DNA of 32,000 nucleotides from Candidatus Saccharimonadota bacterium (GTDB lineage Bacteria; Pseudomonadota; Alphaproteobacteria; Rickettsiales; Anaplasmataceae): NCBI RefSeq assembly GCF_013365495.1, contig NZ_CP046580.1, positions 810,001 to 842,000 of the forward strand, read 5' to 3'. Shown piece by piece: positions 29,064 to 32,000 of this stretch (position 1 is its first letter; each line of letters starts with the position of its first letter). The notes under the pieces were generated by a model. It saw only the letters and a program-made list of their open reading frames with translations, ran no database searches and was not told where the DNA came from. The position numbers and the translations under genes were made by a program.

Positions 29064-29960
29064 TTAAAAAGAACTATAATAATGTAGCACTGCCTTACGC
29101 ATTGCTAACCCGAACTCTACCTGCCGCAAAATAACACAATCTGCTATATCACTACTAATTTCAACTCCTCTATTTATCGGTCCAGGATGCATAACAATAG
29201 TATCAGATTTTGCATACGATAACTTCCTCAAATCAAGCCCATATAAATGAAAATACTCTCTCTCCGAAGAGATAAAATAACCATTACTCATGCGCTCCTT
29301 CTGTAATCTTAAAAGCATAATTACATCAGCATCTTTTATACCTTCAATTAATGAATGATAAACTAAATTTACTTCAGAAAAATGTCTACAAATCAGAGTT
29401 GGGGGAGCAATCAAGCATATTTTCGCTCCAAACATTTTAAATAATCTCATGTTTGATCTTGCAACTCTACTATGCAAAATATCTCCACATATCACAATTT
29501 TAAGATTTTTTATCTGATTTTTATAACTGCTAACAACAAAATAATCGGTAAGGGCTTGAGTTGGATGTTCACTACTTCCAGTTCCTGCATTAATGAGTGA
29601 ACAGTTAACACTTTGAGCTAATATATCAATAAAATCACTATTTTTTTGCCTAATTATTATGTAATCAGGATTCATTGCATCTAATGTTTTTATCATATCC
29701 TTCAAACCTTCTCCCTTATTAATAGAAGAAGATTTTATTGGTAAAGTTAGAACATTTGCTCCAAGACTTTTTGCTGCTATTTCAAAAGATGCAAGTGTAC
29801 GTGTTGAGTCTTCAAAGAATAAATTTATTACTGTCTTACCTTCTAAAAGGTGACAATTTACAACTTTATTTTTAAAGTATTGACTAGCTAAATCAATTAT
29901 ATTTTTTACATCATCAACTGTGAGATCTCGTATGCTAAGTAAGTTCTTTCTACTACCCAT
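29064..29960 (-). CDS. pyrB: aspartate carbamoyltransferase catalytic subunit
   Basis: 298-aa ORF. It contains the carbamoyl-phosphate site FFEDSTRTLASFE, plus HPTQAL and HPGPINRGVEI. Confidence 0.94.
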   Translation of the reverse strand: MGSRKNLLSIRDLTVDDVKNIIDLASQYFKNKVVNCHLLEGKTVINLFFEDSTRTLASFEIAAKSLGANVLTLPIKSSSINKGEGLKDMIKTLDAMNPDYIIIRQKNSDFIDILAQSVNCSLINAGTGSSEHPTQALTDYFVVSSYKNQIKNLKIVICGDILHSRVARSNMRLFKMFGAKICLIAPPTLICRHFSEVNLVYHSLIEGIKDADVIMLLRLQKERMSNGYFISSEREYFHLYGLDLRKLSYAKSDTIVMHPGPINRGVEISSDIADCVILRQVEFGLAMRKAVLHYYSSF

Positions 29961-30333
29961 AGCTTTTTCTTAAGAGATAATTATAATTAAAATCTATTCT
30001 ACTTTCTTATACCTTAATTTTCAATAATCCACTAATAAAATAAGAATCCAATCTAATATTACAGTATCTAAATAAAATTAATATTAATTAAAAATGAGGT
30101 TAAATTTTATCAATCTAATAAAAATAATAAAAGCAAAGTCAAAAACAGTTTTAAAATAAAGAAAGTAATGATAAAAAAGCTTACTTTAAACAAAACTTTA
30201 ACATACTCTCTGCAAAAATAACGCTTAGTTGTACTTTTAATTATTCTAGCTCTTCACTACAATCTTACTGTATCATCGAATAGAATGAAACTTTAATATA
30301 TAGAGATTACATAAATAATAATAAAACCAAAAC

Positions 30334-30362
30334 AAAACCTTACTTTAATAAAGATCTAATAT
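30334..30362 (+). repeat. dispersed short repeat, copy B (partner 20694..20752)
   Basis: aaaaccttactttaataaagatctaatat matches the two blocks of copy A with no intervening 29 nt. Confidence 0.6.
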
Positions 30363-31480
30363 ATTTAACAGTAAATAAGTAAAAAAAATTTATAATAAAC
30401 TTAGCAATAAAGTTAAAAATATTGAGAGAAAAATCTTTAATAATAAAAAAATTTAACCTCCTAACATCTACTCAAACACTGAGCATTACTATATAACAAG
30501 AGCATCACAAACAACTTTAAGTAAAACTTCAAGCTTTTATAACACAGGTTATTTTTCAATCATTCCTAAAGACTTTTAATACATCACCACTAATATTTAC
30601 ATCCACTACCCATTTTCCTTAAGAAAAAAAAGCTAATTTAGCTTGCAATATTCTTTTACACATATTCATCAAACGGAATAATTCTTAAAATAATTTACTA
30701 CTAAAATATATCTTTTACTTACATATAATATAAATTTGTCAAATATCATTACTTTCTTAACACAATCATTTATACTACACTAACTAATTCTTTTATTTCT
30801 TAAACCATCGTTTTCAACATAAAAATAATTAACTTTAAAATTAAGCAAAATTATAAAAGGAGCACTAATACTTTTTCTTTTCATTTATGTTTACTAAATT
30901 TTCATACTACTTTAATTCTTTAAAATTTACTTACATTTATTATAAACTAATATTTTAGTTATTTCTATAAAAGTAAACTAATAATTTTCACTATATCTAA
31001 ATTTTAGAGATAGTATTTTCGAACTATAAATCTCTTACATAACAAAAGTTATACATATTTTTTTATTCCTTGAAATATATTCACAATATTTATGCTAAAA
31101 AAGTCACCATTACCACTCCTATGTGAAAGTAGCTTAAAAACATTAGCTATAACATCTAACGCTTATTCTCTTCTCTCTCACAAATTCATAAATATGAAGA
31201 CTAATTTCTCTTTAATGGACAAAATAAAAGTTTACTACTTGTAAGTCGTTATTTTCACTATTTATTTCACATAGAAAAATAAAACCACCAATACAACTAC
31301 TATTATAATATCTATATTAAAGTTCTCTAAGCTTTTAATTTTTTAATAGATATTTTTTACCAATAGTTCTATCTATAATTAATATTTTATAAGAATACAT
31401 TTGTCATGCATAATTTTTTCTTATAGCAATGTATAACAAAATATAAATATTCGATAAAAATATGAAATGATAAGAATTAC

Positions 31481-31518
31481 AACGTACGTTATAATCAAAA
31501 AAAATTTTTTTTATAATC
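31481..31518. repeat. adjacent perfect palindromes: aacgtacgtt, then ataatc-A8T8-ataatc
   Basis: The 10-bp palindrome is at 31481..31490. The 16-bp A8T8 palindrome is at 31497..31512, flanked by direct ataatc hexamers at 31491..31496 and 31513..31518. Confidence 0.9.
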
Positions 31519-32000
31519 ACTATAACACCATTCATTAAAACGACTCTAAATAAAGCACTTATTTACAACAACTACACTGTTTGAAATAATTACTCAACCA
31601 CCACACCTACTTTATTAATTTTATTAATTAACTTTTTCATCATATTTAAGAAGTTTATTACTCTTTTTTTTTACAAAGCGCTAGTATAAACTTAAGATCA
31701 TTTTATACTCAGAAGCACCACAAACTTTATAACATTTTCCCTCTAATACTAATATCTTTATACATCTAGCTAAAATTGATCATACTCTATTTTCTTATGA
31801 TTGATATTTTCATCAAGCGTTTCTAAATTACTTTAATTACAGAATAAAATTAAAATATTTTGACAATAAAAACAATATATTAATACAATAACTTTTTATT
31901 ACACATAAAAACAGAACAAACTTGCTTTACTTGCATACACACTAAAGCTAAAACTGTATACAAAACATGCATAAAAAATTGTCCTGCACTTTACTCACAA

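Overview
AT-rich, G-poor chromosomal segment from an obligate-intracellular alphaproteobacterium of the Rickettsiales. The best fit is Anaplasmataceae/Ehrlichia, based on a type-2 IleRS, an OMP-1/MSP2-family surface-antigen gene, a large ankyrin-repeat protein and scattered, non-operonic housekeeping genes. I call 15 protein genes: ileS (partial), miaB, gltX, pyrC, an ankyrin protein, sdhA, yajC, glmS, era, prs, gatC, mtaB, an OMP-1-family porin, a CDF transporter and pyrB. There is also one tRNA-Val(GAC). About 12.3 kb of the 32 kb (about 38%) is intergenic, with no ORF of 60 aa or more. It sits in spacers of 2398, 2069, at least 2040, 1544, 1214 and 996 bp. This low coding density plus short perfect tandem repeats resembles what is published for Ehrlichia ruminantium, but I cannot confirm the species without a database search. 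No transposase, phage, CRISPR or rRNA signal is present. The items most worth follow-up are: (1) the 836-aa ankyrin protein with a Lys/Asn-rich basic N-half, three tandem double-ankyrin modules and an Inc-like paired transmembrane hairpin; (2) a 31-codon hydrophobic sORF just upstream of it, which has the only AGGAGG Shine-Dalgarno I found in a start-appropriate position and reads in frame through a perfect 21-bp x2 tandem repeat; (3) a 27-nt exact copy of an ankyrin-gene segment stranded in a distant spacer; (4) a tRNA-Val/czcD pair behind one near-consensus promoter; (5) the kb-scale, strongly C>G-skewed spacers. All coordinates and motif calls were made by eye from the sequence. No searches or computations were run.
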